A stretch of 62,624 nucleotides of DNA, filler included, from Catajapyx aquilonaris (GCA_000934665.2; 3 parts of 3 records of this genome joined end to end with filler, not necessarily neighbours in it); one strand, 5' to 3'. Shown: positions 49,833-62,624, counted from the whole stretch's first letter. Program-made: numbers and translations. Notes: generated by a model from the letters alone, not told the origin.

Positions 49833-52800
49833 CTAACTGTTGTCCCTGTCTGGGAAACTGGGCTCTATTTGTGTGACATTTTTTTCAAACATGTACCGAA
49901 AAATGTGAGTTGCGGGCTTTATAATAAAGAAATACAATACTTCTCCAGCACTAACGAAACTGAAACCAAGGAAGAGTCCTACTATTCCTCCAAAAGCAGC
50001 TGAAACAGGAAGTAAATATCAGATTAGCCAAACAAGACAACTGATTTTCTCTCTTGACAAATAATGTTTAAAAAGGAATCATAATTATTAGCCTACACAT
50101 TTCATTATATATTGAATATAAGATTAATTGTGGGGTCAATTCTCTAACGGGATGCCACGGATTCTGGTATATTCCATGTGTGCTGTTATGGGCCGGATGC
50201 AATACCAATGCTTAACCTCTGATTAATGTAGCTCCTGCAATATTGCGAAATGCATTTCGACTCAACCTAGACCCCTTCTTCCCATCTGGTGTAAAAGCAC
50301 CTATTGTTGTTTATCTTATTTTGTACTACATCTTGTAAAACTATAGGTCAATAAGGTGGATTACTACCGAGCAACGCATTCCAAGTGTACACCACATCTC
50401 TTCTGTACTCCATCAAGCTCATATCTTTAAAGTACACTCGTAGAAGCGTCAGGTTTCCTCTGAAAATGAAACCAGTTCAACATGTAGAAAACTGGAGGTT
50501 TCAGCTGTTGTGAAATCAAAATGCTCACTGATGCACTTACTTAGGGACGTCCAAATTAATGTTAATATCATCTGGGAACTTAGGAAATATGGCTTTGCTT
50601 AGTTGTGCAGAATAGATAACGTCCTCGCAATTACTTTTACATATGCACTGTTTCATCGAATCCATGTTCTGATCCAGGCCCTTGATAATCTCTCCTGGAT
50701 CAAGAGATGAAAATCTGCCTGTGAAAGATCTATTCATGAGTACATGTACTCATAATGTGCTATGCATAGCAAATTCTATTATTTTGGGATTGCCACATAG
50801 TATGTGGATAACAGAACATTTTTACATCAACAGGAGACAGAAAAATGGAGATGTGAACAGTGTTTGGAAGTCAGCCAAGTGTCATCGTTACCTGTATGAT
50901 CATTGATGCAACTCATTCCATTGTAGTCGCATACTGTTACATTAGCTGCGTGTACAAAACAAATAACCACAAATTAATACAGTGTAGTTACAAAAAGGGC
51001 CTCACCCATTGCATGTGACATAATTTACAGTATAACTGATTTACATCTTAGCACTCAAGACTTAGGGCTGGTTTTGTTAAAGAAAAATTCGAGGTAAATT
51101 TCTCATCAGTAAATAATTTACATTGTGAATTCCTGCAAAAATAACTTAGAAGATTATTGTGTAATCTATTGTGTTGATGTCTTGGTTGATGTCTCTTGCC
51201 GTGAAGTGCTAGAATGGCTCGGTTAACATTGAGAATATTATGGAGCCACTTAAATCTTCCTTACAAAAAAAAAAATCAATCGTAAAGTTTCACAAAAAAT
51301 TATAACCCACGGGCATTAATCATCATGCATTAGCGATAGTGTACGCTGTACTGGCTTCATACTAGGCCTAATAATAGTGCCCGCAGTACACTGAAAGATA
51401 CCGCATTTGATTATGCTTGCAAGGTGTCTTTCTCGGGGTTGTCGGGGTATATGGGCTCGGTTTTGAACACAACGGATTCTATTAAGAGCTGCACCCTTTT
51501 ATAACACATTCGTTCAAACATCATAGGTCGCATATGATGTTTGAATAAAATGTGTTATAAAAGGGTTTCCGGTCATCGTACATGAATGAGAACATCACCA
51601 ATGTGTTCAGCGTGTCGAAGTAATTAGGAATCGTCAACTTTGAAAAAAAGCTAAAATTACCTCCCCCGCCCCTTAATTTGGTACTCCAGTGTACACTTTA
51701 CAGTCGAGTGGTTAACCCATTGGACCACTCTCTTACTTGTATCATCAATTTCGGTATTCTTCCCGTAATTTGCCCGTATTTTAATCGTACCGCGATCACT
51801 ATAAGGCCGAACAACCGGCCCAAAACAAGGCAAAAATGTAATAGGGAGAAATATGTCCAGGAAGGAATCAATAACGAGGTACACGGTCAGCCATATTTTC
51901 TTGCGCCTAGACACAGGCATCACCCCACATTGCTAATTTTTGCAGAATTGCAGTATAGACATATAAACCTGCGCGCCTGTAATACTTCCCAATGAGCATG
52001 ATATAAGCGTGATAGTGATTACTGCGAACGAGCTAAACTCGCAAAATCTCATCAGCAATCTGTATAAGCTGGTATCATGCACACTCAACAACTGCAGGTA
52101 GCCTACGCAATATCTCTACAAAGCATGTGTCTAGAGACAGGCCAATGTATCTGGTAGTCTACCTCGTTACTGGTTGCTCCATCGACATTTCTCACCACAT
52201 TTTCGATGTGTTTTGGGCCAACGAGTATGCTGCTGGCTACAGTACGTAACATACTAGTAAGAAACACCCTGCATGCATATGCTGGCCCTGCTGTCACGAT
52301 AACATGCCAGAGAAAAAATTGACTTCGTACGCAGCTCTGAGTAAATATAGGGCACACATCCGCAGTGTCTGTTCATAGAGTTGACCTGGCACTCCAGAAA
52401 GCAGTTGGCGTGGCTGTATGAAGAGTAAAATTGCAGTATTTCTTCGTCGTCATATCGGCATCTCCTTTGTTCCTTTGGAGTGTTTCTGATATTGTCAGTG
52501 CTCGAAATCCGAATGGGAGTTATGGGGACAAACACTTCTTCTCCAGCGTTCACCAGAAATCCTTTGATAGCAACGCTCGGAAAATCAACCGGATAATGAA
52601 TCATTACCTAGAAGTGGTTACTAATCAGCACGCCATCTAACAGCCGACCTGAGGCAAATATATACCTTGAATCCAACTATGTTGTTCGTATTTGAGTAAT
52701 AATCACTTGTGTCTGGATTAAGAAGTACTGTCAGTCCCATGTTTGGTCCGGCTCCGTTCACAACCAGTGGGATAAAGTCACCTGTACTTTGAGTTCCGTT

Positions 52801-54411
52801 TGTTCCAAAATTTTCTCCTTCAACACCTGTACCGTTGTTAGTATCGTTCCTGCAAAGTGTAATTGCATGTATCGATACAAGGCCCTCTTTGCAATGGTTA
52901 TTCAGATAATGTCCCTTACCTGACCCTTGCTGTAACATTCATGGCCATGGAGTTGAATCCCCAGCAATATCCCTCGTCTGTCCGTCGAAGTGCAAATATT
53001 TCAGAGCAATTAACAGCATTTCCCATCCACCAACACTGAAGACACATTCGGTCGAGGGGTTGCATAACCTTGATATAACGAGGAGTACAATTATTATTAT
53101 TATTAACCGCATTACCTAAGGCTCGAATTAGAGGTCTTGAAGTGGAAAATCATGTGCTGTGGCACTATAAATGAGATCGTGAACATGAAGTATGCTCAGT
53201 TCTGTACACTCTGTTGCAATTTCAATCATGTCTATATAGAAATGCTTAGTGCAGCTTTGTACCAGAAGTATTGGCGGAAGTTACTGCTAAATTATATGCA
53301 ATTATTAAGAGGCGGATTCCAAAGTCCTCTGAGTCCATTTTTGTTGTTTTAAGAAATTTGGCCTTTTTGTAATTATTACAAGGAGAGTTGCAAGCTATGT
53401 AAGCTAATTTGAATATTAATACATAAATAGCTTTTAAAAATCTCCTTAGGTGCTCCCAGCTCCAATTGACTCCCAATAATGCAATTCGGATGCCATGATT
53501 TTGCATTTAGAACCATATGATAGTGTAATGACATACGTCCCGCATCAGAGAGTCCGTATATTGTCGTTGTTCACTGGCACAATTTTCGATGCTTTTGCTT
53601 TTATTGTGAGGCGTGTCCACCTGCATCTGCCCGAAGAGAGACATGAAATCCACTACCTCGCGCACGGTGTCCAGAGAGTAATTATTCCACCTTGAAAAAT
53701 ATAAATTGCTATAAATATATGTTATCATATCAGCACAGGGCAGGCAATGTGAGGCTTTTCACATTAAGTAAGTTAGGTCTATTACCACTGAAGAAATTAA
53801 AACTTACGGCCATTTATTTGCCGATTCCTGAATCAAACTCATAAATGCCTTATTAACGTTGCAGACAGTAATGGCAGGAAAAGGAACCTTCCAAATTGGC
53901 TCACCAGTGGACGCCACAGTAGTTAAATATTCGTTTGAAAAGTATTTACCAAACACAGGGCGCAAAAAAATAATCGCGCCAATCATAGCACTGCAACAAA
54001 TGGCAGCCCAAAGTATTCTGAAACAAAAGTAAATTTTGGGATAATTATGCATATAAATCATGTCGTGAAACAAAATGATAGTGACAAAGTAAAAGTTATG
54101 CATCATAAAGCGACTCACTTTTCAAACGTGCAGGATGATTTCGAAGCGATGTACTTAAATCCATGCAGTGATGTGTTTTCACAGTATTCCTTCGCCAAAT
54201 GAATAATGAAATCAAGTTTCTCAGACTTTCTTCTTGATGAATTCTCGGAAAGTGTCGTTAATTTTAGACATGCTGAATTTCTTCGTCTCGAAGATAAACT
54301 TAAATCTTTCTTCCATGAATAAGTGGGAATCGATGAAGAAATGTTACTGACATCACCATGGAAGTATATTTTCCGGACAACATCTCTCGTGTATTCTTCG
54401 TTGTAAGACAT
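49833..54411 (-). CDS. ppk: Pickpocket/DEG-ENaC channel C, complete (10 coding exons)
   Basis: Exons 54411-54119 (YCENTSLHGFKYI), 54017-53808 (TM1, FPAITVCN), 53690-53537, 53068-52920 (TDEGYCWGFN), 52849-52666 (GAGPNMGLTVLL), 52607-52331 (YSHANCFLEC..CGCVPY), 50945-50892, 50718-50541 (CICKSNC), 50459-50368, 49999-49833 (TM2 AAFGGIVGLFLGFSFVS). Start codon assumed. Confidence 0.9.
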
Positions 54412-56576
54412 TGGACTGCTGAAAATTGCCAAAAAATTCATGGTGGTTATATTCTGCCAAATCAAGTTATTTAGGTAATATATATTGGCTTGGAGTACAT
54501 TTCAGGCAGAAGATAAATTGTTATTTATGCCAGAGTGTTGCAATCGAGTTGCACTAAGCTGCGTATTTTGAAGCAGTTACTTTTAGGTGAAATTAAAAAC
54601 AATAGCTGCTCGCCGTCAGGAGACGAGAGATACAGCATATTGGCAGATACAGGAAAACTTTATGGCAACACAATAAAGCTGGCTAACCCGGAAGGGTGCT
54701 ATATACACAGGGGACTAAGTTTAGCCACGGCGATTGGCGAGCCTTAACACTACGACTAAAGTTAGCAGGCTACTTAAACCGGCAGTGTGTACAGTATATA
54801 CCCTTTAAGGCCAGTTGTGCCAACACAAATTTAGGAAAATCTCTGATTATATGCAGGTATTCACAACACACAGTCCAACTTAATCGGAAATACTCTCCTT
54901 AATTTGTGTTGATGCAACTAGTATTAATCAACTTATCTTTTCCTTTCATTAATATTGTGCTACAACTCACCTTAAGGAAATGAACCACGGTATTGATCTC
55001 CATCAGATAGATGACTGCTGTGGAGTTGAAATACTTTGATTTTTTCCGCTGCGTCATAATCAGATGTGTCGAACAATGCAATGCACAATAAATCCATTTC
55101 CTCCCGAAGAGAAGTAACATCAAACAATTCTGCATTACAATAGGTCAGCAGGAGACCTACGTGCAATCGATGGAAGAGCACAAAAGAATAGTGTGGCAGT
55201 ATAGTTAATGGCTGTAATTTAATAACGATTGGTTTTTAGACAACTGACAACAGGCCATTGTTGTTTTTGTTCCTTTCATTGCATGGGCATTCTTCTCCAT
55301 AATGTACCGGTATCTCACTGGATACACATGGGTGTCATAGTCATAAAGGAGGGGGGGGGGGGGGTCATATCGATTATCCTAGCCTGATGCAACACGCCTT
55401 ACATCAACTGAGATGGCTTCGTATCTATGTATCTCACACTTGCTACCTGCCCCATCAACAATAGTTCAAGTGATAATGAATTGAATTGAACTTACGAAAA
55501 TCGGAGTGTAGCTATTCCAGTACAGAGGGAGATTGCCTCCTTTCGAGGTGTAGAAATTCAAATTTGGGACGATTAATTTCTATTACTTAATACACTGCGA
55601 CCATTAGTAATGTGACTGTTCGACTTGTAGAGAATAATCTGCCTGGATTGCACTTGTTCATTTTGGACAAAAAATAACCGACACTTAATAACAAGTGCAA
55701 TCCAGTCCTATTAGTTTTATTGTGTTCGGTGCTCCTCACACGGATAAATGTTCAAATTACATAAATTCCACTACCGGTACAGAGTACCTAATATGAGTCC
55801 ACACCAAACTTGAAGGTAAGTTCACGGAGGAAAGCATCCACAAAACTTCCAATTTGGAAGTGAATTATAAAATTTTAAACAAGCAGCAGATATGGTCTTA
55901 TGAATGCAGAGACAAAAAGGAAGTTATACTATTCATAGAAGTTCTAAACATGATTGTACTTGTATGTGCATAAAAAGAACAAGGTTGTTTTCCTGTATGG
56001 TCCTATATACCCTGGACATTTCAGTCGCATAATTTATAGTACATTAGACAGTATATACCAGAATTCGTACGCACACATATGGACATTTTCTAATAAAAAT
56101 TTGAAATAATTGCCAACATCAAACGCAGTTTTTTGCAATACCAGAATGAATTATAGAAGACAAAAGTGAGCTTAATTTTTCACATCTTATTATTATTAAC
56201 AACTTTTAGTGAAAATTGTGGCAGTTCATGGCAAATATGCTCTTAGAACAGATAATTGATTACACTATGCAACACGATATTAATTTTGTCCATGGATTTA
56301 TTGCTATTTCCATGTTCCTTAGGTCACTCGTAATAGTCAGGAGGGTTCGCGACTGAAATTGGTCGAATCGTGCACTTTGTGATACCAGCATGAAACTTGG
56401 CACACACGTAGCTTATACTATAGAGTCATTTGAGGAACGGAGCCACTCGGAAAAGCCGCTGGGAAAGCCGTGGCGGCCATTTTAAAAATGGCCGCTCTAT
56501 CATTGAGTTTTATGCATAAACTAGCAGGATACCCGGCGTTGCTCGGGTTATGAAATACTTTTCCATGTAGGTGTAA

Positions 56577-56723
56577 GGGCCGTTTTCTCGAACAGTGGTT
56601 CAAATGTAAACCCGGTTCAAAGCCGGTTTAAACCCTTGACAACAGCCTAACAACAATCAAATCAGGGATTAAACTGGCTTTGAACCCGGTTTACATTTGA
56701 ACCACTGTTCGAGAAAACGGCCC
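56577..56723. mobile_element. PIF/Harbinger MITE inside Helitron
   Basis: TIR GGGCCGTTTTCTCGAACAGTGGTTCAAATGTAAAC, TAA TSD (56574-76, 56724-26). Confidence 0.88.
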
Positions 56724-56811
56724 TAAGTCATTGATTTGGTAGTAACCTTTGAAATAATTATGGCTATACAATGTTGGCATACCTGTAACATAGAGCATAT
56801 TGCATGTGCAT

Positions 56812-57233
56812 GACCGAAGCAGTAGTGGTGTAGTGGATATGGTGTCCGACTGCTAATCGGGAGGTCCTGGGTTCGAATCCCGGAGGCCGGCGATCCTGAC
56901 CTTGGTTTTCTGTGGTTTCCCAAGGTCACTCCAGGAATAATTTCCGGGATCGTACCGTAATATAGGCCACAGCCGTTTCCCTCCTTTCCATGTCCTGGAG
57001 GAGATGCGGGTCAGTCGGGGGTTTCTGACCCGCATCTAGGGAGCCATCTATTGCGAACGGACCCCCTGGGGGACTGCACACGACCCCCAACATAAGAGAT
57101 TGCACATGCACCAGTGTCCCCCCTTCCTATCCTTACCTTGTCCCTGCACCAGCTACTGTAAAAATAATAATAACAATAATAAAGGAACGTGTGATATACC
57201 CCCAGTTGGGGGTGAAAGCACTACCCCAGTTAT

Positions 57234-57305
<72 letters not shown>
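56812..57305 (+). mobile_element. tRNA-derived SINE, copy 1
   Basis: A box TGGTGTAGTGG, B box GGTTCGAATCC, anticodon-like arm TCCGA-CTGCTAA-TCGGG, (TTA)n tail, TSD ATTGCATGTGCAT (56799-811, 57306-318). Confidence 0.9.
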
Positions 57306-57308
<3 letters not shown>

Positions 57309-58534
57309 GCATGTGCATAAAATCCAAACACCAAACTGCGGATGTCAGATTGTAAGAGAGTACACAATACGCCTTAAGAATCCAGCAAAAGTATGTCATA
57401 AAAATTGAAGGCTGTGCAGTGAATGTAGAATAGCATTGAAAGACCGGCACCTCTCTTAGTCATTCACCAACCCCAAAATGGCAAATCTGGCCTGGATGAC
57501 TGTGCCCGCAGGCAGCTATGGGGTCGCTGGAGAACTCTAGGCCCACCACCACGTTAAGGTTAAGGCGGCGCATTAGTAAAAATACGGTAGGTGCATTTTT
57601 AAGGGAATGTTAAATTTTTGTTGCGAAACGCACCGTTAATCGGAAAAATCACGAAAAAGGTGCCCTGCGCAAAGGTTTGGCCTTAACTATATGGTACCAT
57701 ACTCGATATGATTGCATTAAAATTGTGGACATATGGGCGCAGAAGCGTTCCCGACTTTGTCGCGTTTCCTGCCGCATGTTATTCAAATGGACTTTTGGGG
57801 AACGCCATTTTCCTTTCCCTTGAACTCGATGAAAATGTCACTTCTAGGCCGAAAATGGCAAAATGACGACGAAGGTGCCCTGCGCCAGATCATGTCCTAT
57901 TTTTTGGTGTAATTTCTGTGTCAATTGCAGCCATTTTTGCGCCCGTACGGCCCCAGAAGGGTAGACATGTCGTATCCCCATATGCTGCCCATGCATAAGC
58001 GAGTTTGTTTAGGTCGTCGTCAAGGGCTTCATTGTTACCGTATTTTTTTTGCTCATGCGCCGCTGTAGATTATGGAACTGCTTGTTGACCGCGATGGAAC
58101 GTCGTTGCCGTGGGAACGTGGTTTTTTGTTGTGTTTGTAATATAATGAAATATGGAAAGTTAAATGTTGATTATTACGGAACGGGGATGGTGGAGGGTAG
58201 TGGGAGGGGGGGCAGTGGGGAGGGGACGATTCATGGCCTTGGGCATTCAGTGGTTGCCCCGGTAACCCAAGACAGGTGAGTTTACAGCCAATTGCTCATT
58301 ATTAGAAGAGTGTTCCAAAGTACTTTTCGCCTCCTGTGGCCAAGGATGACCTCGGAGGTCAATTCCAATGCGCTAAGAACCTTCCCAGCCAAAAACTACC
58401 CCTAATGATACCCCTGGGGCATATGTCGGGGCCTGCGTATGGATCTGTTTAGGTCACAAGAAGGGACATACGTCTTGAAATATATATTAGATAGCGTCAT
58501 CCTTTGATATAGTTCGACATATTGAGGTGTTTTA

Positions 58535-58824
58535 CGAAGCAGTAGTGGTGGAGTGGATAGGGTGTCCGACTGCTAATCGGGAGGTCCTGGGTTCGAATCC
58601 CGGAGGCCGGCGACCCTGACCATGGTTTTCTGTGGTTTCCCATGGTCCTTGCAGGATAATTCCGGGGTCGTTACCGTAATATAGGCCGCAGCCGCTTCCT
58701 TCCTTCCCTTTCCCTGATTCATTCCGAAGATGAGAAAAATAGTAAAAAATGGAAGAGTTCCAGACAAAAAAAGGGAGAAATCCCCCCCCCTAAGAAGGCC
58801 CGTAGGCTGATAATGGGGTATCAA

Positions 58825-58892
<68 letters not shown>

Positions 58893-58917
58893 GATTATTA
58901 TGATTATTATTATTATT
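58535..58917 (+). mobile_element. tRNA-derived SINE, copy 2
   Basis: Same head and body as copy 1, different 3' part, (ATT)n tail, TSD ATTGAGGTGTTTTA (58521-34, 58918-31). The empty site is visible in the opposite TIR. Confidence 0.9.
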
Positions 58918-60399
58918 ATTGAGGTGTTTTATGGATGAATCGAATGTGAGGAATTCAGATCCGTTGTTTATTTCAATAAAAATGTCAAAGTAAACGACAA
59001 AATGCTGGTTGAATAACTCAGAGGTCGTCTAATCACAGGTCAAGAACGCGTAAGTAACATGCAATTTTCTATTGGCGATAGAAAATATTAATCGCCTGAA
59101 GCATCGAAACTTTTCTCTGCAGATGTGAGCCTAGCCAACACCGGCTTATCTAGGTAAGACGAAAGGCGCAAAGAGCGCGAGTTAAAAAGTAACAGCGCAG
59201 GTGGCAGTGATTTGAGCTCTCCGGATCACCTGAGAGTGATTCATGCACTTGTATACGCGGGTGCAGCGCGGGTGATTCTCCAAAAACTTACCAATACCAT
59301 GTCCCGGCATAATAACTCAAAAATGGCTTGACTAAGAGAGTTCATTTTTTAAACATTTGGAGAAGCAGTTGACACCTAGCCATCCCCATGAAAACAAAGA
59401 AAATATTAAATTAAGTTTTACTGCAAAAAATGTCAAAGGGCCTAAAATCACTATTCTTGGCATGTCCCGATCTCATTATAAAGCATGCTATATTTCTTAG
59501 AATTTTATCATTAACATTAGACAAGTTTCATTACTATAATTAAATTGTACATAGTTGAAGGTATAAAACAGCAATTTTAAAAACTATTTATTAATTTGAC
59601 ATGACCTTGCTGCATCACTCCAAAGTGTGTCCCGAGTTTTCCCGGAAATAAAAATTTCACACTCCTGGCTCATTTTTCTGTGTCACATAATAGCTTAAAT
59701 GTTTTGAAATAACTGTGATTCCATGGCATGAAGAGATGTCATGACCCACAGAAATTTCCATAGTCAACGTTTGTTCTGGACCTTGATATTAATCCTATTG
59801 CATGCATAGGTCATTCTTCTGGCTCCCGAACTCCTGGAAATAATATTCACTCTCCTGGCATTAGAATATCAGAGTTAGTTCCCCATATTTTTCCCTGATT
59901 TGTGACCTCATATAGAGTAAGTGAGAATTTGTCCAGCGTTTTAAAACAAGTTTTGAAATTCATTAATTCTTGCTTTGAAAATGGTAAGTTTTTGGAGAAT
60001 CACCCATACCTTCCATGTGCCTTATATTAGCGATATAGAGGTGTCGACCTGCTTTTGTTATACCACATGTACGCGTTATCAGTACAGGGGTGGTGAGCCC
60101 TGCATATATAGGGACAAGTCAGTTGGATATAGAACTATATATATACACTGTAATTCATGTACCAGCTATGTCCTACTTCCCAGCTAGTACATGAATTACA
60201 GTGTAGGCAGAGGAAAGTGCTGTCCAGTGTGTTTGTGGCTATATCTGGTGTAACAAAGAAGACCATTCAGTGACATTCGTACCGTAGAGGAGGTATTAAG
60301 TGACCTACTAGGGTTGAAAGTGATGTTATTATGAGGCATGATATGTAATAACGTGGAGACTCATGCATTCTGAATGTCGCCGTTTCATAATGAAACGCA

Positions 60400-60740
60400 A
60401 ATTCCAATCGATGCGTGATGGCATCTGGAAGAGATGGAGCGAACAGGAGGCCTCTGATGCTCATTCATCTGATTCCGGTGAGCAGAAGTTCACTACGTCT
60501 CGAGCCGCCAGCACCCCTGTTAAAGGAGCCATGCGCTTTTTCCGTGAGGAACCAGGCACCGCTAAAAAGCCACTGTGTGCTGCAGCAACATTTGAGTTAG
60601 ACTGGCGAGTCAGGCAGTGTGCTTTGCGACTGAAAAATGGAAAGATTCTTGCCAAGCTTAATGCAGGGGACATGATAGCATGCTATTGATGCCACGTAGC
60701 CTACCATAAGCAGTGCCTTGTACGTTTCTATAATGCAAGA
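60400..60740 (+). pseudogene. Degenerate transposase N-terminal fragment (Academ-like)
   Basis: AAATFELDWRVRQCALRLKNGKILAKLNAGDMIA..*..YHKQCLVRFYNAR resembles the recalled LLAKLSAGDMIAxEAKYHxxCL motif of invertebrate transposon proteins; interrupted by a stop. Confidence 0.55.
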
Positions 60741-62222
60741 CAAACCAACTTCCTAGCACAGCACTCTGCAAATGTGTAGCACGGTGTGAGCCCAATTGGC
60801 TCCCATAAGCATGGTAGGTATATACATCAATGATGAATGCATTACAAGTCACACGATCACTTCATGAAATATCTCTCAAAAAAAATGGCTGACACAACTT
60901 TAGCGGTTGTTCGCTTTAGAAACACGCGCTGTCATATACTGATATTAGTTTAACTGAGAATAACACAAATAATAACTGATATTGTAATACAGAAATCTTG
61001 TGTGTGGAAATAACGCAAGAGGCAGTATTATCACAGAGAGCCTCTGAGTTATTCAACCAGTATTTTGTCGTTTACTTTGACACTTTTATTGAAATAAACA
61101 ACGGATCTGAATTCCTCACATTCGATTCATCCATAAAACACCTCAATATGTCGAACTATATCAAAGGATGACGCTATTTATGCATAAAACTCAATGATAG
61201 AGCGGCCATTTTTAAAATGGCCGCCACGGCTTTCCCAGCGGCTTTTCCGAGTGGCTCCGTTCCTCAACTGACTCTAAATAGTATAAGCTGCGTGTGTGCC
61301 AAGTTTCATGTTGGCATCGCAAAATACACGATTCGACCAATTTTAGTCGCGATAGAGCTTCACGCGATAGAGAGGCATCGGTTCACGTATCGAAGAGTGT
61401 CTCGGCAGCCCTTCATCGCACAGAGATCCACGACATACCGCGACATACCATTCGAATGCTGGAAGTATGATCTCAAACATCGGATTCTAACACTTGGTCC
61501 ATATCTGCCACGGTTTTAGGGCAGTGTGTGGTTGTTGCTCAAAGTGTACACCTAGTGAGTTATTCAACCAGCATTGTCTCGCTTATTTCTACCTACTCGT
61601 TGAAATAAACAACGGATCTGGATTCCTCACGTTCGATTCATTCAGAAAACACCACAATATGTCGAAGTATGTCACAGGATGACTGTTATTTATGCACAAA
61701 ACGAAATCGTAGGGCGGCCATTTTTAAAATGGCCGCCACGGCTTTCCTATCGGCTTTTCCGAGTGGCTCCGTTCCTCAAATGACTCTAAATAGTATAAGC
61801 TACGTGTGTGCCAAGTTTCATGCTGGTATCACAAAGTGCACGATTGTTCCGCGAATCCTCCTAACTATAACTCATAATGCCCATTCATTTTGTCTTTGAT
61901 TTTTTTTTTACCTCGGGGCAGTCAAAAACCCAGAATCCTCAATTATAGCAGTTTTTCCCAATCAAGTGGGACTAATGTTGCTAGACCAGCTCGGATTTTT
62001 CTGAAAATAATCACAGCTGTACACACCTATACCGTAACACTTCAAGTGCTTCAAGTTTCAACCAAATTGCGAAATGCCGTGGGGAAGGAAAAAATCGCGA
62101 AATTTTGACAGTTTGGCCTTTTTTGGATAATTACTGTCGGTCATTAGAAGTGGTCGAAACCCAATCAACATATGTTAGGGTCAAACCCCTAAAACGGCCA
62201 TTGGGCGAAAAAACCGCCCATT

Positions 62223-62624
62223 TAGTCCGGACGTTAAGGGATTCAACCGTGCATTTGGTGAAAAAAGCATGAAATTTGGTACAAATGTCCCTGAGATCAT
62301 ACTCTTCAAATTCAGATATGGCGGGTTGGCTACACTGAAGCGAGTGACAAGTCTTTTTCTGAGCGAACTATGCTTCCTAGGCGGATATGTGCCAAACAAA
62401 TGTTGTGGGAAAACATGTATCCTACAAAAAGTGTATAGTAACTTTTCCACGTACGGTCCGTATTTTCGGAGCTACAGCGACTTGAACCAAATTAAGGGAC
62501 GAAAAAAAAGTCAACCGTGCATTGGTGAAATTTGGTAAGAATGTCCCTGAGACCATACTCTTCCAATCCAGATATGGCGCCACGGCCGTTTTCGCCCAGG
62601 TGGCCCGTAATTGCGGGTTGGCTA
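62223..62624. mobile_element. Second Academ-like terminus, runs off window
   Basis: TAGTCCGGACG..CGTGCATTTGGTGAAAAAAGCATGAAATTTGGTACA resembles the 56334 TIR layout. Internal direct duplication near 62511-62580. Confidence 0.5.

Larger units (their letters stand above)
56521..58491 (-). mobile_element. Non-autonomous Helitron
   Basis: Minus strand: 5' TCTAATATATA...CCCGAGCAACGCCGGG hairpin...CTAG 3'. It is inserted between A and T with no TSD. The empty site ATGCATAAA^TAGCG is preserved in the opposite TIR (about 61172-61185). Confidence 0.88.
56334..61867. mobile_element. Academ-like DNA transposon relic with long TIRs, hosting nested insertions
   Basis: Begins TAG, ends CTA, flanked by TAA (56331-33, 61868-70). 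The left TIR (56334-56520 + 58492-58534 + 58932-59025) is inverted relative to 61041-61352 and 61556-61867. Superfamily inferred from termini and an internal ORF relic. Confidence 0.7.

Noticed and set aside
56815..56890. tRNA-Ser(GCT) gene (also 58535-58610)
   Set aside because: Acceptor stem does not pair, no long variable arm, and it continues into a SINE body, tail and TSD.
56418..61899. Recurrent MAATAFPAAFPSGSVPQ peptide as a small gene family
   Set aside because: It is the same TIR sequence translated in three copies.

Overview
Eukaryotic, AT-rich, intron-containing DNA, most likely from an arthropod (pancrustacean-type gene content; the species cannot be determined from sequence alone). 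It is not one locus. Three pieces of near-equal length (1-20812, 20913-41723, 41824-62624) are joined by identical artificial 100-bp spacers (N44-TTAATTAATTAA-N44). Piece 1 holds nine internal exons of an outspread/MPRIP-like PH + coiled-coil gene with MITE/Sola/Helitron-filled introns. Piece 2 holds two tandem, divergent CFAP299 (C4orf22/DUF4464)-like paralogs, a fibrinogen-related lectin, LSm7 head-to-head with renalase, and an MK-STYX/STYXL1-like pseudophosphatase. Piece 3 holds three tandem pickpocket (DEG/ENaC) genes followed by a nested transposon stack (Academ-like > Helitron > MITE + tRNA-derived SINE) whose insertion order can be read from junctions and TSDs. The best candidate for an undescribed system is a 32-bp minisatellite built from RFX X-box-like motifs. 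It is apparently carried by a Helitron-like element and sits in a contig that also contains cilia/flagella-associated genes. This is a hypothesis, not a demonstrated function. No CRISPR, rRNA or true tRNA genes were found. Exon coordinates were read by hand from GT/AG sites and phase continuity. Family assignments come from recalled motifs, not database searches.
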